From Protoeuglena noctilucae (taxonomy: Eukaryota), in the NCBI GenBank assembly GCA_958009085.1, contig OY253669.1:1116001-1180000 (forward strand): a stretch of 64,000 bases of DNA, in the 5' to 3' direction. A program made the position numbers and the translations under genes. Position 1 is the stretch's first letter. The number at the start of each line of letters is the position of its first letter. Below the pieces are notes generated by a model. It worked only from the letters and a program-made list of their open reading frames with translations. It was not told the origin of the DNA and made no database searches. Below, in pieces: positions 23,064-34,767 of this stretch.

Positions 23064-26000
23064 TTAGGGTTCGGGGCCCTCCCGCTCCAGCGCCGCCCTC
23101 ATCCGGCGCGCCATGTCATCCGCGCTCATCTTCGTCTCCGTCACATCACGCAGTCCTGCCCTTGCCGCGCGGAGGAGGGCCAGGGACACGCAGGGGGCCG
23201 TGGTGGGCCGGCCGTGCGCGCAGATCCCCCACTGCCGCGTCGCCGACAGGCATCGCACGAGCGTCTGGCTCTGGCCAAGCGTAAGCGCGTCGCCGAACAT
23301 GATGGCCGTCCGGCATGCCCGAGACACCAGCGCCCGGTTCACGGCGGGCGGGGCCCGGCACGCCCCCGCACTCTCTGCGGCCATCCAAGCGAGGAGCCAC
23401 TTTTTGCATCCCCCGCCCGGCGTCCGACTGCACAATCCGCACCCCGCACGTACCCGAAAGCGCCGCGAGGTAGACTTTGAGGTCCGTGGCGTTCAGCATG
23501 CCCCCGGCCACTTCGGGGAGGGCCACCAGCTGCAGACTCTCGGGTCCTCCTCGGCCCTCCCCTTCGCCATCGGCGGTCGGCGGCTCCCTGATCCTCCAGC
23601 CCCAGTCCTCCACCTGCTGCCTGCGCGTGGGGACGAGGCACGCGTCAGCGGCGCATGCGTCGCCAAGGACAAGGCAGGCGCGGCGCGCAACGGTGTCACC
23701 TGTACAAGTCGAGCATCGCCCGCTCCGTCGGCGTCAGGCTGAGCGTCTGCGGGTTCGGCAGGGCCCGAGAGCTCACTGCTCGGGGCGCCCCGCCCGGTCC
23801 GACCGTGCGTGCTTGCAACTCCTCCAGCTGCACACGCTCGTCCGCTGCGTGCTGGTCCACGAAACACAGAACGGCGCCACTAGAGCGATCAGAGCAGACG
23901 ATGGGGAGGAACTGCGGACAGACGCAAGGCACGCCATGGCACCCATCCATAAATGCAGTCGACGGGACAGCAGCACGCACCACCCTGCGCCCTGCACCTT
24001 GTTGTCCACCTGATCCAAGACCACAGCGCGAGCCAAGCTCTCCGGCCCCACAGGCTGACCCGCGAGGCCCCCGACCATTCCGGCCTGGCTTGCAAGCTCA
24101 GTGGCGCTGATGATCCTTGGCTGGGCTGCCTGAGCCTGGGCTCGGTCCCAGCGCTCGAGAAGGGACGAGAGAGGGAAAGGCACCGAGGGCGCCTCGCGCT
24201 GTCCTCCCAACGGGTCGCCTTTGTGGGCGTCCCCCACCATGTCCTCCACGCCAGTCCCATCTACCATAGCACCCGCCGCATTGTCCCTGTCCCAGAGACG
24301 ATCCTCGAGGACAACCGCAGGCGGCCTCGCCTCCGCGCCCGCGTCGTCCGCTCCCCGGTCGGCGTCGCTCTTGGGCGGTGTTGCTCGCGGCTGGGAGGCG
24401 TCATCGCCTGCACCTGCAAATGGTCGGGCGGCAGTCGAACAGCGCTGCGCTCAGGCAACGAGCCAAAGTCACCAGCACGGTAACTAATCCGGAAGAGGTG
24501 GCGCACCTGGGCAGGCCTGAGGTGCCCAGGAGGACAGGGCGCTGGACTGCACGTGCCCGCTTGGTCGCTCTTGGGGGATCCGTTCGCTCCGGCGCCGCCC
24601 CGACCCATGCGCCCTCGGCGCGGCGTCCATGCCGATCTTCAACGGTCGGTGGGATACGCCCGCACCCGGCCTGCGATGGGGCAACGGGCAGGGTCCGTCA
24701 CGTGGCATTGCACTGCCATGGCTCACACCAAATGACCAACGCTTTCAGCAATGTTCTCGCCTCTTTCCTCCCGATGCCGACCTGCCGCTCATGACGAGCT
24801 CCACCTCCTCCTGCCCAGGATCGGCGCCACCCAGTGCCGTGCGCAGCCACTCCACCATAGAGGGCCCTGCGTTGCGACAGCGGAGGCGTTGCTGCATGAA
24901 CCCAGGCAAGAACCGAGAGGGACACCACGGTCGCGGCCTGTGCCTGTCACCTCCCGTGGGTTGCGTTGTTGGTGCACACGAGGCCAGTCCCAGTCCCATC
25001 TGCCGTCCCTCCTCGATCATGGCCAGCGTCGCGACAGGAGCCCACGCCCTCAGAAGGCCCTCCTTAAGGGCCCTCGCCAGCGTCTGGCAGTCGTCGAACT
25101 CCACCTTCACGGCGTCGGCGTCGCGGAACGCCACGTACCTGCGTGCGATGTGGGCCACAGCACATACACCACAGGCCCCGTAGCACGAACTCCACCCGGG
25201 CGCCCCTCGCCACGCAAGGCACCTGTCTGGCGGCCACGTGATCTGGATGAAGTACGCTGGCATTCGGAAAGCGGGGTCCGCGGCGTCCTCGCACGCGGCG
25301 CGGCGCTCCACGAGCTCAGCCACGACATCACGGAAGGCGGCATGCAAGCACTCGGTGACGATATCTGTGAGAAGGGGCCATGACCAACCAGCATGTCATC
25401 TTCACTTCTCGCCCCGCTCGCCGCGTTGCGCGCGCCAGCCACCCACCTGCCTCCACGGGACGGCCGTTCACAAGGACGACTTGGGACTCCCTCGACACGC
25501 CCCCCCTGGGTGGGACGAGGACGTCTCCTGAAACGCTGCCCCAGCCGAGGTGGACGTCGAAGTGCTCCACGCAGTCGGCGTCCTCGCCAAGAAGCCACTG
25601 GAGCATCTGCCCGCGGGTGCGGCCACCCTTGACGTGCAGCGTCTGCCTGCGCCTCTGGGCGTCGATGAGGCGGAAGTCGACCCCAGGGTGGCCGGCAGCC
25701 AGCTGGATGATGGAGCGGCCGACTCTGGCGACATGGTGGGGTGCTCTGCGGGGCCGGGAATGCCGTTGCGTCAGGCAGGCGACAGTGCGCAGGGCCTGCA
25801 TGGTGTCTGCCTGGCAAAGTGTCACCTCGCGAGAGCCTGGGAGCGCCGCACGGGAGTGTTGAACCAGAGGTCCTTGACGATGACCAACGTCCCCGCCCGG
25901 TCCTCTCGCGCCGGCCCGAACCTGGCCCTCCCTGGGCCCTGCTGCACCAGCTCCACGGTCTCGAAGCCCCCCGCGGACTTGGTGACGATGCGCAGGTTGG

Positions 26001-26363
26001 CGACCCTTGCGACTCGCGCGAGAAAGCCCTGATAGAGGTCTGGAGGAAGCCGATTGCGGCCCGAGTGACCGGATGCGGCGGCTGCGCTGGGTGCCCCGGG
26101 AGCACGGGCCTGCTTGCCTCGGTAGCGCTGTGGGATCCCGCCTCGCGCAGCGCATCCAGTGCCGCCTCGTTCATGCCGGTCCCGTCATCTTCGACGCAGA
26201 AGGAGAGGCTCGAAGGGTCCACTTCGACGCGAATGCAGGTGGCTCCTGCCTGAAGCGCGTTGAGCACGCAGTCCTCGACCGCGGCGGGGAAGGACAGCAC
26301 CCCGACCCCATCCTCCAGCTCCGCTGAAGCGCGGGGATCCAGCCTCTGCACGGCAGGTGTCAT
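23064..26363 (-). CDS. MLH3: MutL homolog 3 (mismatch repair / meiotic crossover endonuclease), about 11-12 exons
   Basis: N-terminal GHKL fragments (VEDDGTGM, VKDLWFNTPVRR); C-terminal DQHAADERVQLEE endonuclease motif, ACRTAIMFGD and CAHGRPT. Confidence 0.88.
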
Positions 26364-26905
26364 GACTCGCGCATCCCGGGGCCCATCGCCCGCCTCTCTG
26401 CCCCTCTAGGGCGACAGCCACCTCAACAGCCAGGGAGGGATCGCATGCGGCCTGGGACGCCAGCGGTGGCTGATGCGTCGTCGTTTGAGTAGGCAGTGCT
26501 TGCATGTCTCCCGTGAACTGTGAGGTTTCGGGAAAAGCCTATTGTCAGTGAGCTCGTTCGTTGTCTGCACCGCATGATTAGCTCTGCCAGCCCATACCTG
26601 GCCACTTCACATTCGACAGTTGCGCCAGCGCCCGCATCATAGCTGCAGAGACGCTTCTACCGTTGGGAACCACCCCCGATTCCTCTTCCTAAAAGGTGTG
26701 GGGCCCATCGGCCATCCTGCGGGGCCTTTTTGGCACATTCACCGCAAGAACTGTCTCATGGCCGGCATATATGTCCAGCATCGCGCGCACAATGCGCTGG
26801 GTGGTTTCCGAGCCTGATACTCGTCCATGGGCGCATCCGACTCCTCCTCTGCCACAAAATGCGTCGATTTTGATCAGACGTGCATCGGGCCTCGCCCCCG
26901 CAGGC

Positions 26906-27783
26906 ATGTTGGCGGCGCATCCGGGCCTCTCCATCCTGGGCCAGAAGCCCAGCCTGCGTACCAGCCGCAGCACGCGTCGCGATGTCCGGCGCGCCGCCGT
27001 TGAGGTCGCCCAAATTGCGGGGATCCAGGTGGGTGGCGCAGCGGCAAGCGGTCGGATGGGCCCCAGATGTTGGTGTTGCACGCCCTGTGCCGCAGCATCT
27101 AACGGCATGGTCCACCCCTTCCCACAGGAGTCGCTGAAGCCTGCGGCCGATTACTTCAACACCCTGGGCCTGCCGGAGGCCCTCGTCAAGTGGGGCCACC
27201 CGGGTGAGACTTCTTCGCATCGCGTGCCTCACACGGAGGGAAGGACCTTACAGTGGGGTTGGAATTGCTACGTGCCACCCACACGCAGGCAACATGACTG
27301 TGGTGCTGAGTGCCATGGGCGGCTACGGGGCCTACCAGGGCTGGCAGATCCGGCTGGGGACGGACCCGGCCGCGGTGGAGCAGGCGCAGAAGTCCCACGC
27401 CGGGCTCATGGTCGGGATGGCGACCTTCTTCGCGTTGGGTGCTGTGGGCGGCATGCTGTCCCTCATCATGCAGGGCCGCCCCATCCTCTCGTCCTCGCAC
27501 GTCTGGTCGGGCCTGGCGGGGCTGAGCCTGCTCGGCTTCAACGGGATGCTCGCCCTCTTCTTCGAGGACGACCCCAACGCGAGGACCCTGGTGAGATGAG
27601 CACGCCGCCGGCTGGTGACACCAGCAGAGGTGCAGGGCGGCGTGTGGGAACCTCACCCGAGCTGGGACCCCGAGTTAGGAACCTCACCCGACCTGCCCGC
27701 AGCACGCCTACCTGGGCTCCGCCACGATGGCCATCTTCGTCATCCACGCCGTCCTGGGCCTCCAGCTCGGCCTCTCCGCGTGA
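26906..27783 (+). CDS. DUF4079 family membrane protein, plastid-type, 4 exons; start uncertain
   Basis: LPEALVKWGHPGNM, YQGWQIR, ILSSSHVWSG, HAYLGS and IHAVLGLQLGLS match the family as recalled. Confidence 0.82.
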
Positions 27784-28102
27784 GTGTGATCCGCAAATTG
27801 TCCATCGACCACACGGGCTCTCAGCTTGAGCTCGAGGGGCCTGGGGACGGGGAAAGCCCCTGCCAGGAAGGATGGCTGGCAGCGAGAACAAGGGGGGTTG
27901 ACCGGTAGTCGTGTGAACATCCGGATCCGTGTTGTGGTATCGCGAAGCGCAGCGCCTTTGGAGTCTCGCGCGATCGAGTCCCGCGTCAGTCGAATTGCGC
28001 GCTCTACATCTCGGCCAGATCAGCTTCCTGGGCTGAACCTCCGCGTTGCATTGGAGCGAGGGAGAGAGGCGACGCGCGGCAGATTTGGCGGCGGGGCGGG
28101 AG

Positions 28103-28920
28103 ATGTCCGGGGAGCAACCTTTCTACCTCCGGTACTACGTGGGGCACAGGGGGAAGTTCGGTCACGAGTTCATCGAGTTTGACGTCTCAAGCAACGGCCT
28201 GGTGCGTGAGCGGCGCGCCGGGAGGGCGCGCCCAGGCGCTGGGAGCTCCGCGAAAGTGCCGTGTGCCCTGGGGGGACGTATGGGGGCCGAGGAGTCGCAT
28301 GGCTGTCGCTCAGATCCACATGTCATGATCCCCTTTCCCCATCGCCGGTCTGCCTGCCTGCCGGCGGGGGACGAGGGCCGGTTTTCAGCCGTGCCGGTTG
28401 CGGGGCCCAAGCTAGTCGCTCTTTCGCGTGCCGCGCTCGCGTCCCGTGCTCTATGCCCTCATCCCGCGCCTCTGCAGCTGCGGTACGCGAACAACTCGAA
28501 CTACAAGAATGACACGATGATTAGGAAGCAGGTGCACGTCAGCCCTGCCGTCCTGGGCGAGTTCAAGCGTGTCATCGAGAGCTCGGAGGTGCGTGTGTTT
28601 AGACGCACACGGTCGCGTGTCATCCGTGGCTCTTTTGGGCCGTACGACTTGCAACGCCATCTGTGCCACGCCTGCTATCCCAGATCCTGAAGGAGGACGA
28701 CGCGGCATGGCCCGAGGCGGACCGCGTGGGGTGCCAGGAGCTGGAGGTGGTGCTGGGCAAAGAGCACATCTGCTTCCGCACGACCAAGATCGGGTCGCTG
28801 GTGGACGTGCAGAACTCCAAGGACCCGGAGGGCCTCAAGGTCTTCTACTACCTGGTGCAAGACCTCAAGTGCTTCGTCTTCTCGCTCATCGCCCTTCACT
28901 TCAAGATCAAGCCCATCTGA
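28103..28920 (+). CDS. MAGO: Mago nashi, exon junction complex core, 3 exons
   Basis: [56 protein letters not shown]. Confidence 0.98.
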
Positions 28921-29205
28921 GGCAGCGAGCGAGATTGTGGGTCTGTCCATCCGCGCGAGGCTTGCGCAGGCGGCAGCGCCTTCTTGAAGTGGGCACGCCG
29001 CTCGTTGGTCATCACGCGCAGACAGCGCGGGGCAGTCCCCCCTGAGTGGGGCAAGGACTGTCACCCATGCAGAAGACTCCCCGGCACTGGCACGTCGCAG
29101 ACCTGTCAGATCGGGCCGCAACGTGATCTGCATGTCCCTGTGGCCGCGTGCCTTGGATCGTGGCAGCGCAACTGAAGCTCGGCCACTGTTGCGGCTCTCT
29201 GCTCG

Positions 29206-29992
29206 ATGAGGTCGGCCCTCACCCGGCTCGCCGTCCCCTGCACGCAGGCCCTCCTCGCCGCTCCTTCGATCAGGTGAGCGCGTCTCTCTCTTGTCATGGA
29301 AAGCATGTCGCAAACACGTCGCTGACGCTTTGCGAAAGCCGGGCCCGGATCCCGCAGAGCCGGTGTGTTTGCACCGCGCTTTCCTGGCCGTTGTGTGGTA
29401 TTTCTGGCCCCGCGCAACCCCCTCACGTCTCCTTCTCGGCAGGTTCCAGCTCCGGGCGCCGGGGGTCAGCGGTGTCAGCAAGCGCAGCGCTCGAGCCATG
29501 GCGAGCGAGGAAGAGCGCGCGAGGGTGGGTCCCACGCGCGCCCCCGCCCCGTCCCATCCCCTCCGTGCGTCGCGTTGTCCAAACAATTACACATGTGATC
29601 CGTCGCTCCCTTCTCAGGCCGCGGCTACCGCGGGGATCGACCCCAACGCGCCGACCTTCTTCGACAAGATCGTGAAGAAGGAGGTCAAGGCCAACATTAT
29701 CTACGAGGACGACCTGTGCATGGCGTTCCGGGACATCAACCCGCAAGGCCCGTGCCACTTCTTAGTCATCCCCAAGGACAAGGACGGCCTCGCGGGCATC
29801 TCGTTCATGGAGGAGCGCCACAAGTCGCTCATGGGGCACCTCATGTGGGTCGTGGCCAAGGTCGCGGCGCAGGAGAAGCTCGACCACGGCTACCGCGTCG
29901 TCATCAACAACGGCCCGGACGGCTCCCAGTCCGTCTACCACCTGCACATCCACGTCATCGGCGGCAGGCAGATGACCTGGCCGCCCGGCTAA
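29206..29992 (+). CDS. HINT: HIT-family nucleotide hydrolase (HINT/PKCI) with N-terminal targeting extension, 3 exons
   Basis: PTFFDKIV, AFRDINPQGPCHFLVIPK, QSVYHLHIHVIGGRQMTWPPG*; upstream exon MRSALTRLAVP… splices in frame. Confidence 0.93.
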
Positions 29993-30020
29993 GTCGCTGC
30001 GAGTTGAACCTGCTACGGCG

Positions 30021-31360
30021 CTAGCAACCGGGCTCAAGTTCGGGGTCAGAGACGTCTCGGCGGTCGTGCATCTCCACGACATCGGCGGAGCCAGTGGAAG
30101 GCCCCTCGTCCTTCCCGTCCGCCGCCGCCGTCACAGGCGCGTAGTGGAAGCTGCGTTTGTGCTCGGGCGCCGTGAAGTAGAGAATGAGGCCGGCGGCATC
30201 AAAGGCAAAAGATACGGCGAAGGAGATGGCCTGCGCGCTCGTGAAGCCCCCGAACACGGCCACGCGCGCGACGCTCGCCCAAAGGTCCGAGGTCAGCAGA
30301 GAGAGGTTGAGTGTGGTGGCGCTGCCGACCACCAACATCCTCGGAACAGACGAGTAGAAGAGGAACAGGGCGGTGACGAAGCCCAGGTAGAGTGCGACGG
30401 ACGGCGCGTTGATCATCTGCGCCATGGCCGGCCCTTCCAGCGCCAGGCACTGGACACCGCTCACGAGGAAGCCGCCCAGGCCGATGGCGCCCAGGTACTC
30501 AAGCTCAGAGGCGCTGCCCAGGATGGCTTCCTGCGCCACGTTGAGCCCCGCGTACAGCGTGGCGCCCAGCAGGGCAAGCATGTCACCCCCGAGAGCAGAT
30601 CCCGAGCCTGCAAGATGAGGGGCGGTGGCATGCCCAGGTAGCGCGCTGAAGCGTGCCCAGGTGGCATGCTCCAGAGGCCCTCGTGGGTTCGGGGCAAACA
30701 AGGGGCCATTGCGTGAGCGAGGCATCAACCTCACAGAACAGCTTCTCACCTCCGTCGCGGTTGTCCGACAGGACGAGGAGGGTCAGCCCCGTCACGCAGA
30801 TGGCGGCCCCGAGGAGGTGCTGGCGCCCGTATCGCCGCTTGAGGGCGACGAACGAGAAGGCCATGACGCAGGGGATGGTCCAGTTGCTCAGCAGCATGAC
30901 GGAAGTGACGGATGTGAAGCGATACGCGAGCACCATGCAGAAGTTGGCCTGCACGTCGATGAATGATATGACGAAGTAGGCCCACGCGGGGGCGGAGAGG
31001 CGCTTTCCTCGCCTCAGCTGAACCGCAAGCGAAGGGAGGTAGACTCCAGCCAGCAGCGTGTACGTTCCAACGAGCTGGAACGCAGGCAACGACACGCCCC
31101 GGTCGTCCAGCAGGGCGCTGCGAGCAGAGGCCGAACCAGGGAGGTTCTCCGGTATTTGCTTGGGCTGCTGCGCCATCGACCAAAGCACCGGGATGCGCAC
31201 CGCGCCTGAAAACGGCCGTGAGGGCCACACCGAGGGAAAGGGCCTGCCCAAGAAGCAGTCGCTGCCACCATGGCCACACGGGATGCTGGTCCGGGTCCGC
31301 CTGCTCCTCCTCCATGACGTCGACGGTGTCACCCGCCGGGTCACGCAGCGGTGATGACAT
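30021..31360 (-). CDS. SLC35F1/F2-like (DUF914) DMT-superfamily transporter, 3 exons
   Basis: LLLGQALSL, IDVQANFCMVLAYRFTSVTSVMLL, GDMLALLGATLYA, SATTLNLSLLTSDLW; intron 31118-31205 is GC-AG. Confidence 0.9.
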
Positions 31361-31801
31361 GGTCGGCCTGGGGAGCCCGAAGACGCCCCGCACACCCAAC
31401 GGGCATGCTGTTCATCGGAACAAAGCGACCTTGGCCAGGCACTAGCCTGCCGCCCGGCTCCTCTCGCCGTCACGCCCTGCCGATGCCACGCACAGTGGCC
31501 GGAAACGACATAACAAAGCGATGGCGGGGTTGGTTACTGAATTTTAAGGCCTCGCTGCGACGACGCGCCAATTCCTGGGACCCAACTACACAAAGTGAGG
31601 TGCTCGACGCCGGCGTACGTGGTCAGAGCGGTCGTGGTCGCCAGGCGAGGGCGCCTGACGTCGCGTCAAACCTGCAGCGCTGGAAAGCGAGCTGCAGGTT
31701 TCGCGGAGCCATAATGTGTGCAGTTGGGTCCAGAATTCCGAGTGGCGCGGCTCAGGGTCGCGCGTCTGTCCGGTGCCGCTGCCATCGTCGGGCTTCCGGA
31801 G

Positions 31802-33537
31802 ATGCGGCAATCCTACGGCTTCGGGGCCTCGCAGGGCATGCGGGACACCGCTGTTCGCAGCGAGAGCGGGATGTCTACGCGCAAAGAGTCTCAGGGGAAC
31901 GGCCCGCGCTTCCCCAGCCGCCCGCTGTGGTCCACAGGGCGGCGGGCGAGTGTCCAGCCCGAACCAGGTTCTCTGGGGAGCCTGCCGCTCTGCCACAGCC
32001 AGCCGGAGGCGTGCGAGCTTCCGGGGTCCTGGCGCGTGTTCCCAGAGGCGCCCCGGTCCCAGCCCAGGTGTCATGGGGGCGCATGCTAACAACCCATCGC
32101 CTCGCGTTGGAACCGCCTCCCTCATCACCGGGCCGCCGAGCGCTTGCAGGGCGAAGGATACGAGCGAGGCGAGCAAAGGGCGGGTGGCCTGCGTCGCCCC
32201 ATTCCCTGGGTCCCAGGACACCGCAGGGGGCTCTGCCCACCAGGACCACTCGCAGTCCACGTTCGTGCATCTCGCCGCCCTGTCCAACCTGCACAGCAAG
32301 CAGGTAGGCTTTGGTTCGGGAGCGGCGGGACAGTCGCGGGCCTCGTGGGAGGCTCGTGCGCAACGAGGCGTGCCTATGGTGCCTGCAGGTGCGCGACCTC
32401 AACGACCTCACAGGGAAGGTCACCCTGCTCCAGCAGACGGCTACGGCGGCATGGTCGAGCGCGCAGCAGAGCCTGGAGGATGTCAAGGCGGAGACCCTCG
32501 CCCTCAAGGCCGACGTGGCGGGCGTGGTGCGGCGCGCACGCGCAATGGCACATGGAGAGACCTCGCCACACACTTCCTGGACCAAATGCGCTCCTTGCGG
32601 CTCACATTTGCAGGCCAGGGCCGTGCAGGAGGCGAAGGAGTCGAGTGCTCAGGAGGAGGCCTTCCAAACCAGGCACGGGAATGCAGGGGCATGCATATGA
32701 CGGGGTTCAGCAACTGCCAGGCTTTCATCTCCGCCGCTGCATGGCCAAAGCCACGCCCCTCGTTGCATCGCAGTTGCTCGGCACGCTGCAGTGCCTGGTC
32801 GAGGACGTGCGGCTCTTGCTGGTCCAAAACGAGGAGCTCAAGGCTGCCGCCTGCAGGCCCCAGGCAAGGACTGGTTGGTCGGCCACGGCGCTCCCGTATG
32901 CTCCCCTGCGATGCGCGGCGTCTCGCTGACTCACGTGCCCCGCCCGAGTCGGCATGCGCAGAGCCCCGTGACGCTCCCGAAGCCCAGCTCGGAGGCCAGC
33001 GTCGTGGCCCTGCACCATGCGCCGGCCGCGGAGGCTGTGGACGCCGCCCTCCTGACGCTGCCGCCGCCAGGTTCTTCGGGATTCCTCAGGACGGCTCCAG
33101 ACAGGAACGTCCGACTGGCTGTGCGCAAGTGCGGTGCAGCCCGAGGCTGGTCAAGGGGGCAGTGGGTGTGCGCGAGCTGCCCGAGACTCACACGACGTTT
33201 CAGTGATCGTCATTGCAGGTTGGGGACGGTGGAGAGGGGCAAGCAGGGGAACCGGTCGGACGGCCTGGGGGTGCGGGCTGTCCCCTGGCCGGGCCACGTG
33301 GATCAGACGGCAGCGGGCAATGGGAAGATGGAGGCCGCTGACATCGAGGTGAGTTGGAGAAGGAGCGGCTGCGAATGCCACGGCACTGACTGGCGCGCTG
33401 AGGAAAGTCGCAACACATCGCTGATGACGCGCTCGCCGTGCGTGCTCCAGGCCATGAGGCAGCGCATGGAAAAGTACCGTCGTAAGCGCGCGTCGCGTGC
33501 TCTTCAGAGGCGCAAATTCGGCGAGGACGCGGCATGA
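31802..33537 (+). CDS. Uncharacterised protein with SQ-rich N-terminus and central coiled coil; one junction ambiguous
   Basis: Most exons join in frame (VRDLNDLTGKVTLLQQ…SLEDVKAETLALKADV; LQCLVEDVRLLLVQNEELK); phase conflict near 32673-32773. Confidence 0.55.
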
Positions 33538-33731
33538 CTGGGGTGAACGTCGAGTAGGGCAGCACCGCACATGTGATTTGCTGATCTCCCCAGCCCAAAC
33601 CTTTTGCACCCTGCCTAGGCAGCCGCCATCGCGCGTTACGCGCATCCCCCGACGCCTTTTGCTGCCGCACAATTGCTCCAGGCGTGGAAGCCAAGCCAGC
33701 CCGCAGCCCCAGCTTAGAGACGCCCGTCATC

Positions 33732-34622
33732 CTATGAAGCGTGTTTGGTCCCCTCCAGCAACTCCATCGCCAGCTGCATGCGCCGCAAGTGCTCTGGATC
33801 CCACCTCGTGGGCTTGTACTCCCCGTTGAGGTTCACGACCTCGGCGTGTGCCGACAGCGCGTGGACCTCTCGACCTCCCCCGTCCCGTGGCCTCCCGTAT
33901 ACGTTTTGCTCGAACGTGGCTCGGACCGCCGTGAGCTTGATTGGCCGCAGTGTCACACGCAAAGCATCACGGCTCCGTAGCGGCGCCAAGAACCGCATCC
34001 TCAGCTCCGTGAGGGCAAGCGCCATCCCACTGCCCGCCAGCGCGTCGCAGTCGATGCCGATGTCTCCGAGGAACTCGTGGCGGCAATGCTGCGGGCGGGC
34101 ATTGAGTGTGCTGTGCCGTGAGATGGCATGCGGGATAGCACAGGGAGAGCAAGGCCGCTATCCACAGCGCAGCAGAGAGCAAGCCCGGGATCCACAGCAC
34201 AGGCCGCAGCCCGCATCGCATGCAACGCACCTGCAGGGAGGTGGCATACACTGCGTTGTTCACGACGCGGAACTGGTCGAGTTCGCTGTCCCTCACGTGC
34301 ATTTCGACAGAGTACTCGCTGTCAGCGACCGTACCGGCCTGCAGTGGGCGACGAAACCGCTATAAACGTGAGCTAGGCATGCCAGCATGTATTCTACATG
34401 AAAAAATAATGCGATGGTTTGCGCATCGCGTCGCACCCATTGCTCGAGGGGCCGCATCAGCTCCGCTTCCATCGCAGCCGCACGGGCGGCCACCCTCCCG
34501 CGCTCGGGCGCTGGATGGCGCCGTGGAGACGTCCGATGGATGGTACCATGGGGTCGCGTTACATAGTGTGCCACGTATCGACTTTTAAGCGCATTGGGGC
34601 AGCTGGGGACTGCGGCAGTCAT
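33732..34622 (-). CDS. Single hotdog-fold acyl-ACP/CoA thioesterase (ALT/YbgC-like), 3 exons; start uncertain
   Basis: EMHVRDSELDQFRVVNNAVYATSLQ joined to HCRHEFL and ALTELRMRFLAPLRSRD. Confidence 0.88.
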
Positions 34623-34767
34623 CCGTCACTTCTCTCCTCAATGCTGCTCACAATACTCCACGACCCTCTCTTCATCTCCATGCCAGTCCTTTGTAAGCCA
34701 ATGGGGGCAGCGCTGGTGCAAATGCCTCCTGTGCTGTTTGGCAACTGTTTCCAGCGCGGCGCCAGTC

